From positions 1 through 43,869 of the forward strand of contig CALMZN010000018.1 of assembly GCA_937870675.1 (NCBI GenBank): a stretch of DNA of 43,869 nt, read 5' to 3'. This DNA is from an uncultured bacterium (GTDB lineage Bacteria; Patescibacteriota; Patescibacteriia; UBA1558; GWA2-36-10). Below are positions 1 to 8,349 of the stretch, in pieces. The position numbers and the translations under genes are program-made. Under the pieces are notes generated by a model. That model was not told the origin of the DNA. It ran no database searches and saw only the letters and a program-made list of their open reading frames with translations. The number at the start of each line of letters is the position of its first letter. Positions within the stretch are counted from its first letter, which is position 1.

Positions 1-1319
1 CCTCTTATTTTAATTTCCTTAACCAAATCATCAAGCTGATCTTTACTGGAACGAATTTCGATAGTCGGATCCAAAATAAAAGTCGGCCTTACTAATTGCT
101 CGGCAATACTTTGCGATTTATTTAATTCATACTCGGCTGGCGTAGCGGAAATATATATAGCTTGTTTATACTGCTGATTGAACTCTTCAAAATTCAAAGG
201 ACGATTGTCATAAGCTGCCTGCAGACGAAAGCCAAACTCAATCAAATTTTTCTTGCGGGCTCTGTCCCCCAAATACATACCGCCAATTTGGGGCAAGGTC
301 ATGTGCGATTCATCAACGATCAACAAAAAATCATCAGGAAAATAGTCCATCAAACTATTAGGGGAATCATTTTTTTGCCGGCCATCAAAATAACGGGAAT
401 AATTCTCAATGCCATTGCAAAAACCCGTTTCCAAAATCATTTCTAAATCATTGTTGACTCTGGTTTTTAATCTTTCGGCTTCCAAAATTTTACCCTGCTT
501 TTGAAATTCAACTAATTCCAAGTCCAAATCATATCTTATCTCCGCCACAATATCTTTTATGTTTTCTGGACTGACCATAAAATGCTTGGCCGGAAAAATA
601 AATACTTCTGGGGGTTTGTCTATTACTTGGTGTCCCAACAAACTGATTGTCTCAATGCTTTCTAAGACATCCGCAAAAAAAGTTAGCCGATAAAATTCTT
701 TTTCTTGGCCCGAAGCAAAAATATCAATAATTTCACCTTTGACCGTATAGTTAGAACGCGTCAAAACCAAATCATTGCGGTGATATTGTAAATTATTCAA
801 ATTCTTGAGCAACTTGAATCTATTGTAGCTCTCGCCTACTTTCAAATTTATCTTAAAATGCTGATACTCGGCTGGATTGCCTAAATTATAAATACAAGAA
901 ACCGAAGCCACAATCAAAACATCGCGCCTAGTCAACAAGCTCTGCGTACTGACATGACGCAAACGATCTATTTCTTCATTGATCTGGGTTTCTTTTTCAA
1001 TATAGGTATCGGATGATGGTATATATGCCTCCGGCTGATAATAATCATAGTAAGAAACAAAATAATGCACAGCATTGTCCGGAAAAAAATCCTGAAACTC
1101 CGAAGCCAACTGCGCGGCCAAGGTCTTGTTGTGAGAAATCACTAAAGTCGGCTTATTGATTTGCGCCACCACATTGGCAATAGTAAAGGTCTTGCCTGAG
1201 CCAGTGACCCCCAACAATGTTTGATCTTGGTAGCCGGCTTGCAAACCCTTAACCAGCTTTTTTATGGCTGGGGCTTGGTGGCCGGCTGGCTTGAATTGTG
1301 AAACCAATTTGAAGTCCAT
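1..1319 (-). CDS. uvrB: Excinuclease ABC subunit B, N-terminal ~439 codons (C-terminus lies beyond the left edge)
   Basis: Absent from the ORF track because it runs off the edge. Reverse-complement translation from ATG 1319..1317 reads MDFKLVSQFKPAGHQAPAIKKLVKGLQAGYQDQTLLGVTGSGKTFTIANVVAQINKPTLVISHNKTLAAQLASEFQDFFPDNAVHYFVSYYDYYQPEAY. This contains the Walker A GSGKT and the UvrB YYDYYQPEAY signature. The frame stays open to position 1 (..DPTIEIRSSKDQLDDLVKEIKIR). Confidence 0.9.
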   Translation of the reverse strand, partial: MDFKLVSQFKPAGHQAPAIKKLVKGLQAGYQDQTLLGVTGSGKTFTIANVVAQINKPTLVISHNKTLAAQLASEFQDFFPDNAVHYFVSYYDYYQPEAYIPSSDTYIEKETQINEEIDRLRHVSTQSLLTRRDVLIVASVSCIYNLGNPAEYQHFKINLKVGESYNRFKLLKNLNNLQYHRNDLVLTRSNYTVKGEIIDIFASGQEKEFYRLTFFADVLESIETISLLGHQVIDKPPEVFIFPAKHFMVSPENIKDIVAEIRYDLDLELVEFQKQGKILEAERLKTRVNNDLEMILETGFCNGIENYSRYFDGRQKNDSPNSLMDYFPDDFLLIVDESHMTLPQIGGMYLGDRARKKNLIEFGFRLQAAYDNRPLNFEEFNQQYKQAIYISATPAEYELNKSQSIAEQLVRPTFILDPTIEIRSSKDQLDDLVKEIKIR

Positions 1320-1328
1320 ATCTAAGAT

Positions 1329-1357
1329 ATAATAGTGTTTTTTTACTTTGGTGGCAA
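1329..1357 (-). promoter_or_regulatory. Candidate uvrB promoter, TTGCCA-17 nt-TATTAT, with the -10 ending 9 nt before the ATG
   Basis: The minus strand reads TTGCCAccaaagtaaaaaaacacTATTATatcttagatATG. There is no SD between the -10 and the start. Confidence 0.5.
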
Positions 1358-1367
1358 GTATCAAAAT

Positions 1368-1397
1368 CCAGCCCTGCACCGTACGGTGCAGGGCTGG
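1368..1397 (-). terminator. GC-rich hairpin downstream of the PBP1A gene
   Basis: Perfect palindrome CCAGCCCTGCACC-GTAC-GGTGCAGGGCTGG, 10 nt after the PBP1A stop. It is followed on the minus strand by ATTTTGA. Confidence 0.6.
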
Positions 1398-1407
1398 ATG
1401 GATAATA

Positions 1408-4290
1408 TTATTGTATATTGACACTTATTTCCGGCGTAGTCATCAGACCATTACCCTGATCTTGCACTACCATATAGAGTCGGTAAGTGCCTGACGGCAA
1501 ACCCTTGCCCCAAAGCGTGCTTGGTGAATTGCTCGGATTCTCAACATAAGCAAACCACTGGGAATTATTGCTTTGATCTTTATAATAAAAATCTATTTTT
1601 TTTATATTTTGCGGTTTGTCCAAACTTAGACGCAAATTATATGGCAAACTATTACTGGAGATATTAGTATTATTTTGCGGATCAATCCATTGCAAATTAA
1701 ATTGTCTCAGTGAGGGGTCAAGCTGAATATTGATATTGATACTGACTTCTTTGTAGTCACCAATATCATCAGAGGCAATCGCCCGTAAGCGATGCGCGCC
1801 ATTGCTGACAAATGGATTGATATTATAGCTCAAACCAAATGGGGCTAGATTGCTTTCACCAACCTTATCATTGTCCAAAAAATATTCTACTTTTTTTACA
1901 CCAAGTGGAGCGCTGACCTGTACAGAAATATTGACACTAGCGGAATTGATGGTTTGATTTTCACTGGGCGACAGGATGCTGATACTCGGTTGATTTTCTG
2001 GCTTGTGAGTGTCGTCAAACTCTGTCGGCACGGGACCAGTGTTGTAGCCATTATCGGTAGCCCATTTTTTGATCGGCTCTTCCCAAGCAACATACTGCGG
2101 ATCATTGCTAGGATTATCAAGGGGCGGGCCCAGTGGATCATTGATATTTACATATTGCAAAATTTCATGCACTTCTAAGTATTTTTTTTCTTCAATTTGG
2201 TCATAGGGTGTATAAGCCGTGGCTAACTTGCCAGTGACTTTGTCAATTTTTACAATCTGCTCTTTGGCTAGCTGACCGCAAACCATGGTTTTATTGCAGG
2301 GCTCCAAGAATTCTTTTTCAAAACCCTTGACCGGCATCTTAGCAGTCACCTCGCGCATAAATTTATTCCAAATTGGCGCCGCAACGACAGAGCCATCAGC
2401 TCCCGGCTTCATGGCTCGATTGTCACTGTTGCCTACCCAGACGCCAACCGCAATATCAGGCGTAAAGCCCACTGTCCAAGCATCGTGGTAATCATTGGTT
2501 GTACCGGTTTTGGCGGCCACTGGTCTATCTGGCAAGGTTAAAAAATTTGCTTCACCAAAGATAAAAGCTCGAGCTGAATTATCCGACATAACATCAGATA
2601 AAATTCTAGTGTATTTTTTATCAACTACTCGACGTCCTTTGTTTTCTTTATTTTCTTTGACTATCTCACCCTTAGCATCCTCTATTTTTAATATGGGGCG
2701 ATAATCTTGAACCACTCCCTCGCGAGCAATAGCCGCGTAAGCATTGACATGCTCCAATAATTTTACCTCTGCTCCTCCCAAGACCAGTGACAAGCCATAG
2801 CGATCTGGATTGGTCAGTGTAGTATAGCCCAGCTGAGTAGCCAAATCAGTGACACTCTTTACTCCAGCCAAATACAATACTTTGACAGCTGGAATATTAA
2901 GTGAGCCGGCCAAGGCCTGCCTGATAGAAACTGGCCCTCTTTCTTTGCCATCATAGTCCAACGGCTTGTAGGGTGTGCCATCGGCTTTGATGCCAAACTT
3001 GGTAGCCAAGTCAAAAAGAATGGTGTCTGGCCTATAGCCCTTTATAAAAGCTGTTAAATAAACAATGGGCTTAATAGAGCTACCGGGCTGTCTATCAGCT
3101 ACGGCCACATTGACCTGTCCATCAATCTCATCATCAAAAAAGTCCTTGGAGCCCACCATGGCTTTGATATCGCCACTAGCCACATCAATAGCCACCAGAG
3201 CGGCATTATCAGCGTCGTATTTTTCTTTGTTCTTTGGCGCCACCTCAGCCACAGCTCGTTCGGCCGCTTGTTGCATTTCCCAATCTAAAGAAGTAGTTAT
3301 TTTCCAACCGCTTTGCTCAACCATAGTAGTACCGTATTCTTCCTCTAGCTGTTGCTTGACATAGGTGACAAAATGCGGAGCGCGCATATTCTCCGCTCTT
3401 TTTTTGAATTTTAATTCTTGCTGTTTGGCTTCGTCGGCTTTTTCTTGGCTGATATATCCTTGATCAACCATCAAATTCAAAACCGTGTGCTGACGAGTAA
3501 TCAATTTGTTTTTATTATTACCAAATGGCGACAAATATGTTGGTGACTGCGGTAAGGCGGCCAAAACTGCGGCCTCACCCAAAGTCAAATCTTTGGCTGG
3601 CTTATCAAAATAATAATGAGCCGCGGATTCAATACCATAAGCTGATCCGCCATAGGGAATTTCGTTCAAATACAATTGCAAGATTTCGTCTTTGGTAAAT
3701 TTTTTTTCAATGCGATAAGACAAAACCCATTCTTTTATTTTTCTGGATACGCGACGCTCATTAGTCAAAATAGCGTTTTTTACAAATTGCTGAGTGAGGG
3801 TCGAGCCACCCTGCGCTCTTTGGCCACTGAGGCGGGGCACAATCTGCCCACGGATGATCCCTTTGATAGAAATACCGCCGTGGTTATAAAAATCTTTATC
3901 TTCAATGGCAATGGTGGCTTGTTTGACATAATCAGGCAACTCGCTAATAGTGACCAAAGTTCTTTGCTCTGGCCCATGCACTTCATAAAGCAATGTTTCA
4001 CCTTTGTTATCATAAATCTTGGTGCTAAGTGGCGAACTTCGGTCAATAAGTTTATTGACATCTGGCAAGTCCTTGGAATACCAAGCCACCAGAGCAATAA
4101 AAGCAATGCCCAACAATAAAATTAAGGCGACAATATATAACCAGTATTTTTTAAACAACTTTTTGAAAAATCCCTTTTTAGGGGTCTTGGGTTGTCTATG
4201 ACCAGAGCCGATTGTTGTCTTAGAAAAAAAGCTTGGCTTTTGGTCTATTTTTTTATGTTGAAAAGTTGGTTCTAATTGGGGGATGGGCAT
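1408..4290 (-). CDS. Bifunctional class A penicillin-binding protein (PBP1A-type transglycosylase/transpeptidase) with a C-terminal Ig-like extension
   Basis: 960-aa ORF. It has a TM anchor (YWLYIVALILLLGIAFIALVAWY) and the GT51 motifs EDKDFYNHGGI and RKIKEW. The transpeptidase motifs are SxxK (GSSIKP), SxN (GSLNIP) and KTG (AKTGTTND). About 260 extra C-terminal residues form two beta-rich repeats. Confidence 0.9.
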   Translation of the reverse strand: MPIPQLEPTFQHKKIDQKPSFFSKTTIGSGHRQPKTPKKGFFKKLFKKYWLYIVALILLLGIAFIALVAWYSKDLPDVNKLIDRSSPLSTKIYDNKGETLLYEVHGPEQRTLVTISELPDYVKQATIAIEDKDFYNHGGISIKGIIRGQIVPRLSGQRAQGGSTLTQQFVKNAILTNERRVSRKIKEWVLSYRIEKKFTKDEILQLYLNEIPYGGSAYGIESAAHYYFDKPAKDLTLGEAAVLAALPQSPTYLSPFGNNKNKLITRQHTVLNLMVDQGYISQEKADEAKQQELKFKKRAENMRAPHFVTYVKQQLEEEYGTTMVEQSGWKITTSLDWEMQQAAERAVAEVAPKNKEKYDADNAALVAIDVASGDIKAMVGSKDFFDDEIDGQVNVAVADRQPGSSIKPIVYLTAFIKGYRPDTILFDLATKFGIKADGTPYKPLDYDGKERGPVSIRQALAGSLNIPAVKVLYLAGVKSVTDLATQLGYTTLTNPDRYGLSLVLGGAEVKLLEHVNAYAAIAREGVVQDYRPILKIEDAKGEIVKENKENKGRRVVDKKYTRILSDVMSDNSARAFIFGEANFLTLPDRPVAAKTGTTNDYHDAWTVGFTPDIAVGVWVGNSDNRAMKPGADGSVVAAPIWNKFMREVTAKMPVKGFEKEFLEPCNKTMVCGQLAKEQIVKIDKVTGKLATAYTPYDQIEEKKYLEVHEILQYVNINDPLGPPLDNPSNDPQYVAWEEPIKKWATDNGYNTGPVPTEFDDTHKPENQPSISILSPSENQTINSASVNISVQVSAPLGVKKVEYFLDNDKVGESNLAPFGLSYNINPFVSNGAHRLRAIASDDIGDYKEVSININIQLDPSLRQFNLQWIDPQNNTNISSNSLPYNLRLSLDKPQNIKKIDFYYKDQSNNSQWFAYVENPSNSPSTLWGKGLPSGTYRLYMVVQDQGNGLMTTPEISVNIQ

Positions 4291-4305
4291 ATTTGTAATT
4301 AGTAT

Positions 4306-4333
4306 TTGAATTATAGCAAAAATAAGCTATAAT
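4306..4333 (+). promoter_or_regulatory. Candidate tyrS promoter, TTGAAT-16 nt-TATAAT
   Basis: TTGAAT at 4306-4311 and TATAAT at 4328-4333. The roughly 26-nt leader has no obvious SD. Confidence 0.55.
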
Positions 4334-4338
4334 TTGAA
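4310..4338 (-). promoter_or_regulatory. Candidate PBP1A promoter, TTCAAA-17 nt-TATAAT, interleaved with the tyrS promoter
   Basis: The minus strand reads TTCAAAttatagcttatttttgcTATAATtcaaatactaattacaaatATG. Its -10 overlaps the -35 of the divergent tyrS promoter, and its -35 overlaps that promoter's -10. Confidence 0.5.
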
Positions 4339-4365
4339 TATACTTAATTAAGAAAAATCGAAACT

Positions 4366-5574
4366 ATGGCTAAAATTAGCACGGATCAAGCAAAAATTCA
4401 AGAACTATTGGAAAGGGGTGTAGAAAATGTCTACCCCAGTAAGGAATACTTAAAAAAACAACTACTGTCTGGCAAACAGTTGACATTGTATTTGGGTATT
4501 GATCCTACTGGTCCGACACTGCATTTGGGCCATGCTATCACCATAGAGAAGCTTAGACAATTCCAAGAATTGGGCCATAAAATAATATTATTGATTGGTG
4601 ATTTTACTGGCATGGTTGGCGATCCGACAGACAAAACAGCCACCCGCCAAGCATTGACCAGAGAGCAGGTTTTGAAAAATGCCAAGAGCTATAAAAATCA
4701 AGCTAACAAGCTAATCAATTTTTCGGGTAATAATAAAGCGGAAATAAAATTCAACAGCCAGTGGCAAAGCAAAATGAATTTCAATCAAGTCATGGATTTG
4801 GCCAAACACTTCACTGTCCAGCGCTTACTAGAGCGGGATATGTTCCAAGAACGCATCAAGTCAGCCAAAGCGATTTACTTACACGAATTCATGTACCCGA
4901 TCTTGCAGGCCTATGACTGCGTGGCTATGGATGTTGACGGTGAAATCGGTGGCAATGACCAGACCTTCAATATGCTGGCTGGCCGTGATTTGATGAAAGA
5001 ATTGAAGCACAAAGAAAAGTTTGTCATCACCATGCGCTTGTTGACTGACACCAGTGGCAAAAAAATGGGCAAATCCGAGGGTAATATGGCTGCCTTATCA
5101 GACACAGCTCAAGACATGTTTGGCAAAATTATGTCTTGGACTGACGGCATGATTATTTCCGGCTTTGAACTTTGCACCAGAGTGTCGTTGACTGAAATAA
5201 AACAACTTGATAAAGATTTGAAGGCCGGCAAAAATCCCCGCGATATAAAATTCCGGTTAGCTGGTGAAATTGTAAAAATTTATTTTAGTGAAAATGCGGC
5301 CACCAAAGCTGGCCAAGAGTTCACCAATATTTTTGCTAAAAAAGCCAATCCTGATGAGATACAAGAATTTGCTATTGGCAAAAATAAAATAAGTCCTATT
5401 GATTTGCTATTACAAATGAAATTAGTCAATTCCAAGGGCGAAGCCAGACGCCTGATAGACGGTGGTGGTATGAAACTCAATCATGAAAAAGTATCAGTTT
5501 GGGATAAAGATATTGCTATAAAATCCGGCGATGTTGTTCAGGCCGGCAAAAGGAAGTTTGGAAAGATTAAATAA
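4366..5574 (+). CDS. tyrS: Tyrosine--tRNA ligase
   Basis: 402 aa. It has the class I HIGH-type motif (TLHLGHAI), the KMSKS-type motif (KKMGKSEG) and a C-terminal S4-like domain (GEARRLIDGGGMKLN). Confidence 0.95.
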   Translation: MAKISTDQAKIQELLERGVENVYPSKEYLKKQLLSGKQLTLYLGIDPTGPTLHLGHAITIEKLRQFQELGHKIILLIGDFTGMVGDPTDKTATRQALTREQVLKNAKSYKNQANKLINFSGNNKAEIKFNSQWQSKMNFNQVMDLAKHFTVQRLLERDMFQERIKSAKAIYLHEFMYPILQAYDCVAMDVDGEIGGNDQTFNMLAGRDLMKELKHKEKFVITMRLLTDTSGKKMGKSEGNMAALSDTAQDMFGKIMSWTDGMIISGFELCTRVSLTEIKQLDKDLKAGKNPRDIKFRLAGEIVKIYFSENAATKAGQEFTNIFAKKANPDEIQEFAIGKNKISPIDLLLQMKLVNSKGEARRLIDGGGMKLNHEKVSVWDKDIAIKSGDVVQAGKRKFGKIK

Positions 5575-5596
5575 ATATTTACCCAATATTAGTCAA

Positions 5597-5629
5597 AAAA
5601 AGTAGAGAGCTATTAACTTTCTACTTTTT
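5597..5629. terminator. A/T-flanked hairpin between the convergent tyrS and GalT-family genes
   Basis: AAAAAGTAGA-13 nt loop-TCTACTTTTT. The stem is symmetric, so it could act in both directions, but it is AT-rich and weak. Confidence 0.4.
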
Positions 5630-5638
5630 ACTTTCAAC

Positions 5639-6571
5639 TTATTTCAAGCCCAATCTATAAAACCTAGCCGCCTCCTCTGGGGCAATAGGATTGATTATCA
5701 ATCCTGAGCCAATCTCTACTCCAGCCCAGACCGAGCCACGAGGCACTATCTTCATGTACAAATGCTGATCTTCGTCGTGAATCACTTGATGAAAATAATA
5801 ATTGTAAGGCAGATTGAGCAAACTTATTTTCTTCAAACTGTGTTTCAAAATCTTAGCCCAAGACAATTTTTCTGCTGCAGTAAGCAGGGTAATATTATCA
5901 ATATGCCTTTTGGGCATAATCCATATCTCGTAGTTAAACATTGAAGCATAAGGCGTGAAGGCAATAATATTTTTGTCCTGCCAGACAAAACGCGGGCCCT
6001 TTTTTTCTTTTTTTATCACATCACAATAAACACAAGTGCCTTTTTGTAGTTTGTAGGCCTGTTGGCGTTGAGATTTGTCAGCCAAATGCGGTGGCAAAAA
6101 ATTAGTGGCAAAAATTTGCGAATGCGAATGTTGTAGAGAGGCGCCGGCTGTGCCACCATTATTTTTGAATATCAAAATATATTCTATTTTTTTATTTTTA
6201 GTAATGGCTTTTGTTCTTTCAGCATAAGTTGTCAGCAACTCGGCCAAATGCTCCACCGGCAAATCCTCCAGCTCCCTAAGATGGTCTGGTGTTTCTATGA
6301 CCACTTCCTGCTGACCATAGGCCCGAGGGTTGTTGAGGGTCACCACTGGATATTTGTTGGCCTTGGTGGCGATGCGCCAATTTTTGGCTGGTCCAAGACG
6401 ATAAAGAAACTTGTCGCCTTTCAAATGACCAGAACAAAACTGACAGGCCTCATCAAATTGCTTAGTGGTCTGATCGACTGGCACTCTGACATCATTTGGC
6501 CGTTTTATCCGTCGCGGAGCAATGATGACATATTTTTCTTGAATATAATCTTTTCTAAATTCTGACTTCAT
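5639..6571 (-). CDS. GalT-family (HIT superfamily) hexose-1-phosphate nucleotidyltransferase / nucleoside-diphosphate-sugar phosphorylase
   Basis: 310 aa. It has a zinc knuckle (CQFCSGH) and the active-site His-x-His-x-Gln (QHSHSQ) typical of galactose-1-phosphate uridylyltransferase-type enzymes. The SD GGGGGT sits 4 nt before the ATG. Confidence 0.8.
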   Translation of the reverse strand: MKSEFRKDYIQEKYVIIAPRRIKRPNDVRVPVDQTTKQFDEACQFCSGHLKGDKFLYRLGPAKNWRIATKANKYPVVTLNNPRAYGQQEVVIETPDHLRELEDLPVEHLAELLTTYAERTKAITKNKKIEYILIFKNNGGTAGASLQHSHSQIFATNFLPPHLADKSQRQQAYKLQKGTCVYCDVIKKEKKGPRFVWQDKNIIAFTPYASMFNYEIWIMPKRHIDNITLLTAAEKLSWAKILKHSLKKISLLNLPYNYYFHQVIHDEDQHLYMKIVPRGSVWAGVEIGSGLIINPIAPEEAARFYRLGLK

Positions 6572-6573
6572 AT

Positions 6574-6831
6574 TTACCCCCTGAAATAAGATTTGAGCCG
6601 CTTCTTTAAAAACATCTTGCCATAATGGGTTTTCAAATACCCCTCTCTTTTGGTAGCATCTTTACGTTCGGTACAAATTTCACAATAAATTAGTTTTAAT
6701 GGCCTACGATTTTTAGTAGATGTTACCAATCCTTTTTTATGTTGCTCAAATCTTAATTTTAAATTATTAGTAAAACCTATATATAATTTATTATCCTTAT
6801 CGCTTTTTAAAACATACGTATAGTATAGCAT
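6574..6831 (-). CDS. Stand-alone GIY-YIG nuclease-domain protein
   Basis: 85 aa. YYTYVLKSDKDNKLYIGFTNNLKLRFEQH matches the GIY..YIG..R..E pattern. There is no additional domain. Confidence 0.8.
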   Translation of the reverse strand: MLYYTYVLKSDKDNKLYIGFTNNLKLRFEQHKKGLVTSTKNRRPLKLIYCEICTERKDATKREGYLKTHYGKMFLKKRLKSYFRG

Positions 6832-6862
6832 AAAAAATAAATTTAAAATTATTTCAGGGGGT
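6576..6862. repeat. 14-bp perfect inverted repeat bracketing the GIY-YIG ORF
   Basis: The plus strand has ACCCCCTGAAATAA at 6576-6589 and TTATTTCAGGGGGT at 6849-6862 (16 of 17 if extended). Confidence 0.9.
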
Positions 6863-6865
6863 GAA

Positions 6866-8338
6866 TTATTTTAATAATTTTTTATAAAGTTTTTGATAAG
6901 CAAGAGCTGATTTTTTCCAAGAAAAATCTAACTGCATATCGTATTTTACCATGTTATTAAACATCCGAGGAGCATTATATAATCTTAGGGCTTTTTTTAT
7001 CATTCTTTCCAATTCACTTTGACTATATTTTTTAAAAACCAAACCACTCTGACTACTGACTGTGTCTTTGAGACCGCCAGTTGCTCTGACAATGGGTATA
7101 GAGCCATAGCGCATGGCAATCATCTGCCCCAAGCCACAGGGCTCAAAAAATGAAGGCATCAAGAAAAAATCCGAGGCCGCGTAAATTTTTTGCGCCAAGC
7201 GAGCATCAAAACCAATTTTGACAGCTACTGTTTTGGGGTATTTGCTTTGCAAATTTTTTAGCGCTTTTTCATATTCTACTTGACCAGAACCCAAAACCAC
7301 TAATTGAAACTTCTCTTTTTTTAAAAACTGTTCAATGGCCGGCAACAAAATATCCAAACCCTTTTGTTTGAATAAGCGCGTCACCAAACCAAACAATGGT
7401 ATGCGCTGATCGACACTCAAGCCAAAAGTTTTCTGTAATTTTTGCTTATTTACTTTCTTGCCAATCCCAAAATTTTTGTAATTATATTTTTGATAAATTA
7501 ATTTGTCTTTATTGGGATCAAAAAAATCTACATCAATGCCATTGACTATGCCACTAAGATTTTTCTGACGCCTTAGCAAATACTTTTCTAAATGCTCGCC
7601 ATATTGCTTGGTCAATATTTCCTTGGCATAGCTAGGGCTGACTGTATTTATGTGGTCAGCCGATAAAATACCAATTTTCATCAAATCCAAAATTTGACCA
7701 TCCTGATCATAATAATCTTCCATCACTGCTGGAGTAAGATCATGATGCAGGCCAGCATAATCCAATATGTCCAAATGACTGAGTCCTTGGTTGGCTAAAT
7801 TGTGTATGGTTAGCAGTGTCTTGGTGTTGGGAAAACTACTATATTTCACTGCATATTCATCAATAAAAGTCGGGACTAGTGCTGTGTGCCAATCATGGCA
7901 ATGAACTATATCTATTTGCCAATCCAGCGCTTTCATAAGCTCAACCACGGCTTTAGAGAAAAAAGTATAACGCTCGACATCACTTATTAATCTTTTATTT
8001 AAACTAATTTTTTTAGCGCCAAAGTAAATCTCCGGATAATCAAAAAATTTATGTTTGACTAAATACACTGGCACTTTACTGTTCGGCAAGGTGGTTTGAT
8101 AAAGATCAAAACGCTGTTGCTGACCATCCAAGCTAATCGGTAAATCTTTCTTTACTAACTTAGTTTTGTATTTTCCCTTGATGACAGCGTAATACGGTAA
8201 AATCAAGTGAACATCAAGGCCAATTTTAACCAAAGCTTTTGGTAGAGAACCAACCACATCCGCCAAACCACCCACCTTAGCCAAAGGGCTGGCTTCGGCA
8301 GCGCAGAATAGAATTTTTGTTTTATTTTTATTTGACAT
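6866..8338 (-). CDS. glgA: Glycogen/starch synthase (GT5), paralog 1
   Basis: 490 aa. It has the N-terminal KVGGLADVVGSLPKAL motif and the C-terminal FFLMPSFFEPCGLGQMIAMRYGSIPIV motif. Confidence 0.9.
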   Translation of the reverse strand: MSNKNKTKILFCAAEASPLAKVGGLADVVGSLPKALVKIGLDVHLILPYYAVIKGKYKTKLVKKDLPISLDGQQQRFDLYQTTLPNSKVPVYLVKHKFFDYPEIYFGAKKISLNKRLISDVERYTFFSKAVVELMKALDWQIDIVHCHDWHTALVPTFIDEYAVKYSSFPNTKTLLTIHNLANQGLSHLDILDYAGLHHDLTPAVMEDYYDQDGQILDLMKIGILSADHINTVSPSYAKEILTKQYGEHLEKYLLRRQKNLSGIVNGIDVDFFDPNKDKLIYQKYNYKNFGIGKKVNKQKLQKTFGLSVDQRIPLFGLVTRLFKQKGLDILLPAIEQFLKKEKFQLVVLGSGQVEYEKALKNLQSKYPKTVAVKIGFDARLAQKIYAASDFFLMPSFFEPCGLGQMIAMRYGSIPIVRATGGLKDTVSSQSGLVFKKYSQSELERMIKKALRLYNAPRMFNNMVKYDMQLDFSWKKSALAYQKLYKKLLK

Positions 8339-8349
8339 GGATGAAAAAA

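Noticed and set aside
162-446. A 94-aa plus-strand ORF at the left edge
   Set aside because: It lies antisense inside the clearly recognisable uvrB coding frame.
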